Origin: Candidatus Sericytochromatia bacterium
GTDB taxonomy: Bacteria > Cyanobacteriota > Sericytochromatia > UBA7694
Length of the DNA stretch: 64,000 bases
Direction: 5' to 3'
NCBI GenBank assembly: GCA_964229355.1
Contig: CAXRDE010000005.1
Coordinates: forward strand, 37,131 to 101,130
Under the pieces are notes generated by a model. The model had not been told where the DNA came from. It searched no databases and saw nothing but the letters and a program-made list of their open reading frames with translations. Positions 35,387 to 44,748 of this stretch are shown one piece after another (the stretch's first letter is position 1; each line of letters starts with the position of its first letter). Position numbers and translations under genes: made by a program.

Positions 35387-35883
35387 AGCGGCAACCCCCT
35401 TTGCGGTTATGGATTGCAGGACAGGGCGGCCAGGGGGTGAGTTTTATGGCCCAACTGCTTTGCCGAGCCCTTGCAGCGGAGCAGAAATTTGCGGTCAGCC
35501 GCAGCGACCCTGAATGGGGTATTCGGGGTGGACGGGTGGTCGCCTCGGTACTCATGGATCACCAGCGTATTAACTTTTCAGAAACCCTGAATTACAACGC
35601 GCTGATTTATCTGCATCCCTCTGTGCGAGAGCTCACTCCCCCCCGCAGTGCTGACGCCATTGAAATTGACGCCTACGCCCAGGGGCTCCTACCGCAGGCC
35701 CAGGCGCTGGATTTCCCTCAGGGTCTCAACCTGCTTGCCCTGGGGCACTTTCTGGCACAAATGCCCTGTTGCCACCCCAACAGCGTGGTATGGCAACTCA
35801 AGCGCATGCTGGGTCGTGATGCCATTGCAGCGTGGCCAGCAAACTTAACCCTTTTTGAGCAAGGGCTCAAGGGGTTACAATAA
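35383..35883 (+). CDS. 2-oxoacid:ferredoxin oxidoreductase gamma subunit
   Basis: IAGQGGQGVSFMAQLL matches the gamma-subunit motif GxGGQG. ATGA overlap with beta. Confidence 0.7.
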   Translation: MKRQPPLRLWIAGQGGQGVSFMAQLLCRALAAEQKFAVSRSDPEWGIRGGRVVASVLMDHQRINFSETLNYNALIYLHPSVRELTPPRSADAIEIDAYAQGLLPQAQALDFPQGLNLLALGHFLAQMPCCHPNSVVWQLKRMLGRDAIAAWPANLTLFEQGLKGLQ

Positions 35884-35886
35884 GCC

Positions 35887-36421
35887 TATGCAAGATATTC
35901 ATGACTTAAAACCGCTAATGAGCCTACCCTTTCCCTGGTTTAGCGTGCTACTCTTTGGGCTCGGTGTCGTGCTCCTGCTGACCGCCATAAGTTGGCTGAT
36001 CTGGCGTCTCCGGAAACGCCCACACCCCGCAAAAACAATCCCTACTCCAGCGAGCCCGTCGCCCTCTTCCCGCAAAGATCCCCGCGCGCAAGCCCTCAAG
36101 GCCCTACGACAACTCAAACCCCATGCCGAACAACCCGAAGCTTTCTACTTAAAGTTAGAACAGATTTTACGCCGTTATCTGAGTGCCATTCACGGTGAAC
36201 CCTTGCAAAGCTATACCGCCAGCGAACTATCGCAATTTTTCCAAAGGGAATGGCCCCGGTTGGAGGCCTCGCAGCGCAATGGCCTGCTTCAGGCCTTACA
36301 GCATGGAGAACAGGCCAAATTTGCCCGCCAAAGCCTGACGGTACAACGGCAAAGCGAAGATCTCAGCGCTATTCAGAACTTTATTACCCAGCAGACAACT
36401 CAGGAGACTGTATCCCCATGA
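35887..36421 (+). CDS. DUF4381-like single-pass membrane protein
   Basis: MQDIHDLKPL..PWFSVLLFGLGVVLLL..WLIWRLRKRP is the DUF4381 N-terminal pattern (L.DIH.P...W + TM + basic patch). Begins 4 nt after the gamma stop. Confidence 0.5.
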
Positions 36422-37163
36422 AACGCAAACTGTTCGTCTTGTCCACCTGTCTCGGTAGCCTCTGGCTTCCCGTCTTTGCGCAAACGCCAGACACTACCCA
36501 CTCCGTCAAAGGCGGTGCCAGCGAAATGGCCAGCCAGGGTTGGCAATGGCGGGATTACACCACTTATAACGCTGAACGTTTTTTTGCGCTGCCTCAGGTA
36601 CAACAGCCCTTAAACCCTAAAGCCATCGATTACAAGCTGTTACACGCTGCAGTGTTTTATGCCACCAACCGGGCACGTCAACAGCATGATCGCCAGCCCT
36701 TTAAACACAGCCCGGCCCTTGAAGTAGCGGCCACAGGTCACAGTCAGGCCATGACCCAACATGACTTTTTTCGCACACCAGTGTGGTACCCGGCATGGAA
36801 AGCATGTCACAACGGCTGAGCAAGGCCGGCATACCCGCCGGTTATACCGCAGAAAATATCGCTCAGTTCAGCGGACTCAACTACACGGCGGGCAAAGCAG
36901 TATACACCCCCGCCACCAACGGCGGATACTTCAGTTATACCCCCAAAGGCACACCTTTACGGCCACGCACCTATGCCGAAGTGGGCGAAACCGTTGTACA
37001 GCAGTGGATGGATTCGCCAGGACACCGTCAAAACATCTTAAATCCCGCCCTGAACTATTTGGGGGTGGGCCTGTCGGCTTTTGAAAAGAAAAGCTTTTAC
37101 AATATGCTGTACTTCAATGCCACCCAGAACTTCTCAAGCCGCCCTGAATCCCCGGGGCGTTAA
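36418..37163 (+). pseudogene. secreted CAP/SCP (YkwD-like) domain protein interrupted by a -1 frameshift
   Basis: Signal peptide MKRKLFVLSTCLGSLWLPVFA; CAP motifs HSQAM..HDFF in frame A. In frame B, FSHTS...ENIAQ...WMDSPGHRQNILNPALNYLGVG continues directly. The frames meet at the T6 run at 36766-36771, and one extra T would give HDFFSHTS. Confidence 0.6.
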
Positions 37164-38260
37164 TGCATAAGAAAGCCTTCGAAGTTCAGCATCTGGTTCC
37201 GAATAAAGCGCCTGTTCAAGAGGTTTAAGGCCCGCGCCTGACAATCCGCATAGCGATCCTTGCTGGTCAATTCACACGCCGTTTCAAAACTCTTTTGAGC
37301 CAACGAGCGATTGCGCATTTTTAAGGCAATTAAGCCCTTGAGCAGGTGAGCAAAGTTATTTTGGGGGTTGATATCAATCACGTGATTCACGTCATCCAGA
37401 GCCCGCTCTAACACCAGTCCCTGGTTAAAATAAATCAGGGAGCGCACCAGACGTATACCGCCATCATCTTTCACATGGCCCACCAGATCACTGATCAGGG
37501 CCAGGGCCTGCTCATTACGCTCGGGGTGATTCTCGTAACGCTGGCGACGGGCCCTGGCTGTATGCATCAACAACAGCGCATACTCCACCTTATAAGCCAC
37601 ACTGTCAGGATTCAAGGTCACCATTTTATCGAGGGTCTCTAAAGCTTGATCCGTTTCGCCTTTGGCCAGATGATAAGAAAGCACATCTTGCAGTTGAAAG
37701 GCCTGATAGGTTTTAGCGAGTGCTTTGCCTTTGGTTTCGCGCAGTAATTGCTGATACGCTTTATCAGGAGAAGCTTTGACTTCCCGCAGATAAGCGGTCA
37801 ACGCTTTTTCAAGATCCTGATTTTGTGCCAAAAGATACTGCACAAACACCCAGTCCCCAATGGACTTCAAATAGATTTCCGAAATATCTGAGGGAAAGCT
37901 AAGGGTCTCATAATCCAGTTTAATCTTATGTACGATGCTCAAGTCACTCTGACTTTCGGCCTTGGATACATAACTCAGCTTATGTTGGATCAACAAATAA
38001 GCCAACACGTCGATTTTTTCGGGTTCAATCATGGCTTGCTGGACAAAGTCTTGAGTGGCCATAAAGGGATGAGCCTGCGTCAATGCGCTGCGTAAAGCAA
38101 GCAGGTAAGCCAGATATGCTCCCAGCTCGCGGTCTTCAGCGTAGGTCACTTGCACCCTGGCTTCATCGCGAAAGGTCATCACCCTGGCCTGGGCTTGCCA
38201 GGGAAATGAGAACAGGGTACCTAATACCCACAAAGCCAAAAAAATATGACGAGAGAACAT
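37160..38260 (-). CDS. secreted TPR-like repeat protein
   Basis: Signal peptide MFSRHIFLALWVLGTLFSFPWQAQA; helical-repeat composition. Stop overlaps the CAP-gene end. Confidence 0.5.
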   Translation of the reverse strand: MFSRHIFLALWVLGTLFSFPWQAQARVMTFRDEARVQVTYAEDRELGAYLAYLLALRSALTQAHPFMATQDFVQQAMIEPEKIDVLAYLLIQHKLSYVSKAESQSDLSIVHKIKLDYETLSFPSDISEIYLKSIGDWVFVQYLLAQNQDLEKALTAYLREVKASPDKAYQQLLRETKGKALAKTYQAFQLQDVLSYHLAKGETDQALETLDKMVTLNPDSVAYKVEYALLLMHTARARRQRYENHPERNEQALALISDLVGHVKDDGGIRLVRSLIYFNQGLVLERALDDVNHVIDINPQNNFAHLLKGLIALKMRNRSLAQKSFETACELTSKDRYADCQARALNLLNRRFIRNQMLNFEGFLMH

Positions 38261-38345
38261 AAATAGACCTTTAATACTTCAAAATAAAACGTTAATATTC
38301 TTGAAGTATAGCAAAGACTTAGCCCGCTCTGGCCTTGATTGGCCC

Positions 38346-40115
38346 TTAAGGTGATTCAGGGTTCATTCGCAGCCAGATTTCAATATACTTTTGGTACTCA
38401 CTCGCCAGCGCACTGCTATGACTTTGCAACAGGCTTTGCATCTCTTCGCGGGCAGCCTGGGGCGTTATTTTACCCAGAATCAGCTGCGTTAAAAGGGTCA
38501 CCATACGGGCGTCTTTAATGCTCGACAGCTCCTGGTTCAACAGTTCAGAAACAGGCACTGACAAGACCTCTTCGCGGCCTTCACCCGAGACCGGATCTGT
38601 ATAAGCAATGGTTAACTTAACGGAACCACTGACATTGCCTTCGCCGCTCGCCTGAAAGCGCTCCAGAAAATACTGGGAGCTATTGGCCGCAAAGTGAATA
38701 GGCTCTACTTCACTGGCCACCTGAGAAGACTGTTCTGCCGCCGACACCGTACGTTGCAGGGCCGCCGGGTAATCCAGGCGGAACCGCACATCCCGGGCCG
38801 CAATTTGGGTTAAGGCAATAAAGCGCTCACCAAAGGCTCGCTCTGCATCCGCCACACTAATCACTGAGGTATAGCTGCCCTTACCCGCTTCGGTCAAGGT
38901 ATTCAAAAAGCCTTCGTTAAAATCAAAGCCGAATCCCAAACCCGAAAAGTAGATGCCTTCGGCATTGTTAATCCGGGTATTTTGCGCGATAATATCCGCG
39001 TTCACTTGCCCCTGATTGGCATAGGCATCGGTTAACATCATCACCCGATTGGTTTTGTTCGCATCATAATAGGTTCTGGCCAGCGCATAAGCCGATTGTA
39101 AACCCGCGTTAAGATTGGTGCCGGACTCGGTGCGCAGGGCATCCACAGCCGCCAGCCAGGCGGTCGTATCACCCTCATATTTCCAGGCTTCCACGCGGGT
39201 GGTGGCATTGTCAGAAAAGGTAATCAAATTGACCACATCACCAGCTTTAAGCTGTGCAGGCAAGGCCCGCAGCCCCGCTTTGGCCACCGCCAATAAATTC
39301 GGGGTTTGTCCAGATTCATTCAATTGTACAGACGCGCTATCCATAGAGCCTGAAACGTCCAGCAACAGGGTAAGCACCAGATTCTGGCGCTGTGCTTTGC
39401 TGATCTCAGGGGTTTTCACTTGAACCCCTAAATCATAAGCGGTTTGTGAACCGGCTTGCGCATCACCCGCAGCGGTATTGCTCACCGTATGCTGCCAAAG
39501 GCCCATCGCCACCTGAAAGGTACCCAGGTCTTTGAGATTTTGAACGGTAAAGGTTTCGTAATTCAAAAACTCCCAGGGCCGTACCCAGCTGGGATTCGGG
39601 TTCACCGGATTGGCCCGGCCCAGGGCAAACTTGGTCTGCTCTACACCGGCGGTACTGGCGGAGTCATCATAAGAAAAATAAAAGAAGTTCTGCGCATCAG
39701 GTATGGGGTCTACGGGCTGCTCTTCAACGGGTTCTTCGGAGCTTGTGTCGCTGGTATTGGAACCGGGCGCAGCAGTGCCCTGAGGCGTGGGCAGCATGGC
39801 GTTACTACCCCCGCTATCACCAGAGTAACTATCGCTCTCAGCCATGGCGGGTGGTGCCACCATGGGCACTTGCTCATTTATGGCACTGGTATCTTTGGCT
39901 GCACCTCGGCGTAAATCCGTAGTAGGCAGACCTGGAATCGGATCATAGATAGTAATGCCATCTAGCTCTTTGGGCCCCTTAGGGAAGGGGGTAATGTTTC
40001 CATTGTGATCCACCGAAGGATTGGAGGGATGGGTGGGGGTGTCGAGCCCTGAGCAAGACGTATAAAAGCTCAAAGAGAGCAAAAGAGCAGTGGTCATCAG
40101 GGGGCGCTTTTTCAT
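38346..40115 (-). CDS. vWA-domain lipoprotein
   Basis: Signal and lipobox (SFYTSCSG); MIDAS LLLDVSGSMDS; VMMLTDAYANQG strand. ATGA overlap with the upstream XRE-TPR gene. Confidence 0.7.
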   Translation of the reverse strand: MKKRPLMTTALLLSLSFYTSCSGLDTPTHPSNPSVDHNGNITPFPKGPKELDGITIYDPIPGLPTTDLRRGAAKDTSAINEQVPMVAPPAMAESDSYSGDSGGSNAMLPTPQGTAAPGSNTSDTSSEEPVEEQPVDPIPDAQNFFYFSYDDSASTAGVEQTKFALGRANPVNPNPSWVRPWEFLNYETFTVQNLKDLGTFQVAMGLWQHTVSNTAAGDAQAGSQTAYDLGVQVKTPEISKAQRQNLVLTLLLDVSGSMDSASVQLNESGQTPNLLAVAKAGLRALPAQLKAGDVVNLITFSDNATTRVEAWKYEGDTTAWLAAVDALRTESGTNLNAGLQSAYALARTYYDANKTNRVMMLTDAYANQGQVNADIIAQNTRINNAEGIYFSGLGFGFDFNEGFLNTLTEAGKGSYTSVISVADAERAFGERFIALTQIAARDVRFRLDYPAALQRTVSAAEQSSQVASEVEPIHFAANSSQYFLERFQASGEGNVSGSVKLTIAYTDPVSGEGREEVLSVPVSELLNQELSSIKDARMVTLLTQLILGKITPQAAREEMQSLLQSHSSALASEYQKYIEIWLRMNPESP

Positions 40116-41302
40116 GATTTTTTCTCCTTCAGTAATGCACGAAAATCCTGGGGGCGGGCCTGACGCAAAGGAGCCAGGTCGGGATCGTGAGCGGCTTCAG
40201 CGGCAACGGTATCAAAGGCCTGGTGAAGCGCCTGGCTTAAAGCCTGCAAAGCCCGATCTAACCAGGTGTTTTCTTGCGAGGTGCGGTACAGTGCGGTGTA
40301 TAGACAGGCATGAAGATAGTTGACGAGCCAATAGTCGGCCTGAAAAGCGCTCAGCAAGCCCAGCGTCAGTTCAGCAGACGCGAAGTCCTGCTTTTGGGTA
40401 TAGGCATGGGCTAAAAAGGCCGCTGATTCTCGCAAAGCATTTACCCCCAGCTCATTTTTTTGCGGGTGTATAATCACACGACGGTAAGCGTCGATGGTTT
40501 GTTCCCAGTCTGCGGCAAGCTGGGTTAAGTAAGCGCGGTTAAAAAGCAGACGGGCATATTCATCGAGAATATACACATCACCGGCGGGGCTTTTATCTTT
40601 AGAGAGGGCTTGTTCCATTAAAGTGGAAGCCTGCGTATATTGTTCTAGCGCCAGATCTTGCTCGCCTTCTCGCATATGTTGGTGGCCCATTAAAAAACGA
40701 ATGGCCCCCAAATTAAACATTAAATCCACTTCACTCAGATAGGGCACAGGCTTTTGTTGCACATGCTTTAAGGCACTTTCTTGACTGATCAGTGCCGCTT
40801 CATAATTGCCCTTGCTGAGTTCCAAATGGGCCAGTAAACACTGCATATATGCGGTTTCTTGAAAACGCTGCAGTCCCTCTTGAATATGCTTATACGCTTC
40901 TTCTTGACGTTCGGCGCGAATCAAAGCCAAAATCCAACGGGAAAAAAGCCGAAAATCCTGGGGATTTTCAGCCAAAGCCTGCATATACACCTGTAAGGTG
41001 TCGCGGTAAGCGTTAACCGCGCGAGGGTTGACGGGCATAAAGCCCGCCAGAATCAAAAGTTCGTCACGCAATTTGTCTCGGGTGGCCGCCTCAGCATCTG
41101 CAGAAGTTAAGGCGGCAGCCAGATTTAACACCACTTCCCGAGAGGGCTGACGCCCTCCCGATTCCAGCAGAGAAATAAAAGACTTCGAAACGCCCACCGC
41201 CTGGGCCAGTTGGTCCATGTTCAGGCGATGGTCTTTTCGTAAAGCCTGTAGGCGAAGCGAAAAGGGAGTTTTCCCTTCACCCTTGGCTTTTCTTCGAGGC
41301 AC
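40112..41302 (-). CDS. HTH (XRE-family) regulator with TPR repeats (paralog of 1487..2689)
   Basis: FSLRLQALRKDHRLNMDQLAQAVGVSKSFISLLESGGRQPS HTH, then TPR-like repeats. GTG start overlaps the upstream lipoprotein stop (TAGTG). Confidence 0.7.
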   Translation of the reverse strand: MPRRKAKGEGKTPFSLRLQALRKDHRLNMDQLAQAVGVSKSFISLLESGGRQPSREVVLNLAAALTSADAEAATRDKLRDELLILAGFMPVNPRAVNAYRDTLQVYMQALAENPQDFRLFSRWILALIRAERQEEAYKHIQEGLQRFQETAYMQCLLAHLELSKGNYEAALISQESALKHVQQKPVPYLSEVDLMFNLGAIRFLMGHQHMREGEQDLALEQYTQASTLMEQALSKDKSPAGDVYILDEYARLLFNRAYLTQLAADWEQTIDAYRRVIIHPQKNELGVNALRESAAFLAHAYTQKQDFASAELTLGLLSAFQADYWLVNYLHACLYTALYRTSQENTWLDRALQALSQALHQAFDTVAAEAAHDPDLAPLRQARPQDFRALLKEKKS

Positions 41303-42408
41303 TAGCGCACCTCCTCAGCTTCTACGCTCACAGGCGCTGGGGCTGAAACAGCCACTCCGGCAGAAGCACGGGCCACGCCATCACTGCCGCCACCCTGCAT
41401 TTCATTCCAGGCATACCAGGTGGGACGGTTCAATTGTTCAATTTTACCGGTCGTCGCGTCCATTTCCACAAAACCTCCTGCATAGGCTTCAGACTGTTTG
41501 GGCGAGGGATTGTCTACTTTAAAGTTTACCGAAATAAAATAGCGGAGTTTTCCCTGCTGCTCATTTAATGAGATATCCCACTGTGCATTGGCGGGTATTT
41601 CATATAATACCCGAATATTAGGGTCTTGCTCATTAGATAAGGGATATACAGGATAGCCCGGATCATTGCTACGGTCGGCGAAGGCCTTTTTCACCAGGTC
41701 CTGAGCGGCAGTGGTATCAATTTCCACCTTGCTCAAGTCGATGTTGGGGGCTCCCCACACCATGCGGTGCATGCGAATTTCTTTATCAAGCACGTACAGC
41801 ATCAGGGTTTCTTTTTTGGTATTTGAGACCCACTGAAAGCTGAACTTCACCGCCATTTGCTCGGGTTCTTGTGCCGCATTGGGCAGATAGTAGAACTGTT
41901 CGCCTTCTGAAGCAGAGCTCATCAGCAGACGGGCACTGGGGTCCCAGCTATTGACCAGCGGCATAAGATCCTGGTTATAGGTGGAAAGCAAGGTGTTGCC
42001 CTGAGGGGCCGCAAACGTCAGTTCTTCCACAAACTTCAGCTCCACTTGCTCAAAGGGGTTACCAAAATAACCGGGCATGATCATTTTGGCACCTTCTGCC
42101 ATATCCGCACCCATCATGGGAGCAGCAGGGCGAGCTGCGGGTGCGGCAGTCGCTGCATCTTCAGAAACCGCACCACCCCCATTCGCATTTGGACCTGTCT
42201 GGGCATTGGCAAAAGCATCAGTGGATAGACTGCGCTTACTCAGGGCATTGGGAAACAAGACCGACGCAGAGGTGTCTGGTTTTACAGAGGTATTGGGTGA
42301 AGCAGAGGATGAAGGTTTGGGCGTATCAGGGGTCTGAGGTGCTTGTCCACAAGCCACCATCAAACCACAGCTCAGGGCCATCATCATACGTAAAGTAAAG
42401 GTTTTCAT
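41302..42408 (-). CDS. lipoprotein (paralog A)
   Basis: Lipobox LMVACGQ. Shares KKETLMLYVLDKEIRMHRMVWG and ...LRYF..NFKV motifs with the adjacent paralog. Confidence 0.6.
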   Translation of the reverse strand: MKTFTLRMMMALSCGLMVACGQAPQTPDTPKPSSSASPNTSVKPDTSASVLFPNALSKRSLSTDAFANAQTGPNANGGGAVSEDAATAAPAARPAAPMMGADMAEGAKMIMPGYFGNPFEQVELKFVEELTFAAPQGNTLLSTYNQDLMPLVNSWDPSARLLMSSASEGEQFYYLPNAAQEPEQMAVKFSFQWVSNTKKETLMLYVLDKEIRMHRMVWGAPNIDLSKVEIDTTAAQDLVKKAFADRSNDPGYPVYPLSNEQDPNIRVLYEIPANAQWDISLNEQQGKLRYFISVNFKVDNPSPKQSEAYAGGFVEMDATTGKIEQLNRPTWYAWNEMQGGGSDGVARASAGVAVSAPAPVSVEAEEVR

Positions 42409-42419
42409 GGTTAAGCTCC

Positions 42420-43553
42420 TTATGCGTTATCTTGATCTGCTTCAGCAGCAGGTTCATCGGCAGCGATGGGATCCACAGCCACGTCCACAGGATATGCCAC
42501 ACCACCGTACATCATGCGATACATCACAGGACGGTTCATGGACTTAATCTGACCCGTAATAGCATCCAGCTCTAAGGAGCCGTACAAATACTGTTCAGTG
42601 GGGTACACAATATCAGGGCGAGGCTCACTGGGTTTTGTGGCGTTTGCATCGTCCACAGGTTCAGGCTCACCGGGTTTGGGCTCAGGAGCATCTACCTTGA
42701 CCTTAAAGTTAAAGTTCACAAAGTAGCGCAGGCTATCTTGAGATTGCTGGTTCAGGTTTAGACTCCACTGGGCATCCGCAGGCAGGTCATAAACAATCGT
42801 AGCTTCAGCGTTATCGGATTCAGGATAAACGGGAATTCCACTGGGATTGCTTTTGCTGAGGAAAGCAGCCCGGGCAATGCGTACCGCTTCATCAGAGTCA
42901 ATTTTAACGCGAGAGATTTCAATATTTTGCTCTCCCCACACCATGCGGTGTACACGAATTTCTTTATCGAGCACATACACATTCAGGGTTTCTTTCTTCG
43001 CATTTGAAGCCAGACGATACACAAAGCGAGGTTTTACACGCAAAGGCTCATCCTGACCGGGCAATTGAATGTACTCTTCGTGCTCAGCATTCATCTGGGC
43101 GCGAGATTCTAGCAAGCGGGCGTCCGCATCCCATTCCGCAAGCATCGGTTTTACATTCTGATTGTACACAGCCACCAGGGTACTGGCAGAGGCCGCAGGA
43201 TAAATATTTTCTTCGGCGTACTGAATGCTGTAGCTGTTAAAGTCATGGCCACCATAGTAATAACCTGGAGCAATGGACATGCGGTCCATCGCGGGTTCAG
43301 CCATGGCCATTTGTACTGAGAAACCAGTCTCAGGGGTTAAAACCTCAGCCAGGGGTACCACCTGGCCGTCAACGCGTCCCAATTTCAAAGGACGCTTCAC
43401 CAGCGCAGAGGCCAACACGGGACGTTGTGCCGTCACAACAGGGGTTTGAACACCTGAATTGTTAGCAGGTGCAGGGGTAATAGCAGGGGTGGCACAGGCA
43501 TTGAGTAATGCGCCGGCCGTTAAAGCAAAAAGCACGTGGCGATAAGATAGCAT
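42420..43553 (-). CDS. lipoprotein (paralog B)
   Basis: Lipobox LLNACATP; the KKETLNVYVLDKEIRVHRMVWG block is collinear with paralog A. Confidence 0.6.
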   Translation of the reverse strand: MLSYRHVLFALTAGALLNACATPAITPAPANNSGVQTPVVTAQRPVLASALVKRPLKLGRVDGQVVPLAEVLTPETGFSVQMAMAEPAMDRMSIAPGYYYGGHDFNSYSIQYAEENIYPAASASTLVAVYNQNVKPMLAEWDADARLLESRAQMNAEHEEYIQLPGQDEPLRVKPRFVYRLASNAKKETLNVYVLDKEIRVHRMVWGEQNIEISRVKIDSDEAVRIARAAFLSKSNPSGIPVYPESDNAEATIVYDLPADAQWSLNLNQQSQDSLRYFVNFNFKVKVDAPEPKPGEPEPVDDANATKPSEPRPDIVYPTEQYLYGSLELDAITGQIKSMNRPVMYRMMYGGVAYPVDVAVDPIAADEPAAEADQDNA

Positions 43554-43659
43554 GATTCGTTCTCCTTAGAAGACTAATTGATTGTGTTCTGGTCTTAGTA
43601 TAGCGCTTTGTTTACATAAAGTCAACAAAGAAAACTTAAAGTAAACACCAAAATCGCCG

Positions 43660-43688
43660 AAAAAAAAAGACTGTCGAAAAACAGTCTT
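43660..43688 (-). terminator. rho-independent terminator
   Basis: Stem aagactg/cagtctt with an 8-nt loop; a run of 9 A on the plus strand gives a U-tract on the minus-strand transcript downstream of gene 43724..44179. Confidence 0.6.
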
Positions 43689-43690
43689 GC

Positions 43691-43718
43691 AAGGTTAAAT
43701 CAAAGGTTAAATCAAAGA
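43691..43718. repeat. tandem AGGTTAAATCAA motif (2 copies)
   Basis: aaggttaaatcaaaggttaaatcaaag. The same core recurs inverted at 44180-44215, at 47204-47263 and at 17672-17690. Confidence 0.6.
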
Positions 43719-43723
43719 TTGTA

Positions 43724-44179
43724 CTAAAAGGTGGCGGGGATTTGCATGTTGTGCTGACGGGCACGCATGGCCTGGGCATGATGGACATCATCAATAACCC
43801 GCTGAACATTGAAAAAGCTCATGACGTACCACACCATAAAGAAGGGCACAGAGAGCAGTGCAACCCAAACCACATTGAGGTCGCTCAAACCATGGGTCAT
43901 CATGGCAAACATTAAGGTGGCCGCTAAGGCAATATAAAAACGGGCATCAAAGGCCAGGAGACGCTCTAAAAAGAGAACAAAAGCAGAAGGCTGGTAAACC
44001 GCTACAGGGCGCAGGGGCGCAGTGCGGTTTTGAAAATAAACCTGATCGCCTTGCTCGTAAGGCATGTACATGGGGTTACCTGATTGACGATCTTTGCTGC
44101 TATCACCGGATTTAAAGGCAGCGTCTTGAAAGTGAAATGTACCGAGATTTTGTGTGTTTTGAGCAGTGCTTAAGCGCAT
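43724..44179 (-). CDS. small membrane protein, hypothetical
   Basis: 151 aa with two C-terminal hydrophobic helices. Flanked on both sides by AGGTTAAAT motif pairs. Confidence 0.45.
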   Translation of the reverse strand: MRLSTAQNTQNLGTFHFQDAAFKSGDSSKDRQSGNPMYMPYEQGDQVYFQNRTAPLRPVAVYQPSAFVLFLERLLAFDARFYIALAATLMFAMMTHGLSDLNVVWVALLSVPFFMVWYVMSFFNVQRVIDDVHHAQAMRARQHNMQIPATF

Positions 44180-44340
44180 TGATTTAACCTATATAATCTT
44201 TATTTAACCTTGTTATTTTTATCTTAATATTTTTAATCAAAAATTGCAAGCGTTTTTTTGACACTTTATCAAAAAAAGTGCAAAAACCTGTGTTTATGCT
44301 GTTAAAATACCCACCATGACACCATTAAGTTTGTTAAACA

Positions 44341-44748
44341 ATGATTAAAGCAAAATTTATGCTTCTGGTTTTATTGGGCCTTGGCAGCTGTCAAACCCCG
44401 AATACGCCCCTCGCTCTCCCGACACCATCGAGCGAAACAGCCCAGGCATGGCAAGATGGCGAAAGCGCGTACCTCCAACACCTCGAACAGGAGCCCAACA
44501 CACCGCGGACCCTTACCGCCATTCAGGGCCAATGGATCGACGTGAATGGCATCGGCCAGTGGACCTTTTATAGTGAACCCGCGACACAAGCCGAGACGGA
44601 TGCTCCCGATGTGTTTCAGCTGTTTGCCCAATTGCGTCACCAATGGCATCATCCTCACTCACCCGTTACAGCCCAACAAACGGTGTATTGGACTCCCCAC
44701 ACAGGTTGGCAATCCGGTATTCTGAGCACAGAAGGAACACAACCATGA
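44341..44748 (+). CDS. lipoprotein, hypothetical
   Basis: Signal and lipobox LLGLGSCQ. ATGA overlap with menA. Confidence 0.5.
   Translation: MIKAKFMLLVLLGLGSCQTPNTPLALPTPSSETAQAWQDGESAYLQHLEQEPNTPRTLTAIQGQWIDVNGIGQWTFYSEPATQAETDAPDVFQLFAQLRHQWHHPHSPVTAQQTVYWTPHTGWQSGILSTEGTQP

Noticed and set aside
38346-40115. Possibility that the vWA lipoprotein is a VIT-vWA (VPARP-like) vault partner
   Set aside because: No VIT-like motifs (FPLP, LLEQ) are present upstream of the vWA domain. The protein is an exported lipoprotein and so is unlikely to meet a cytoplasmic MVP.
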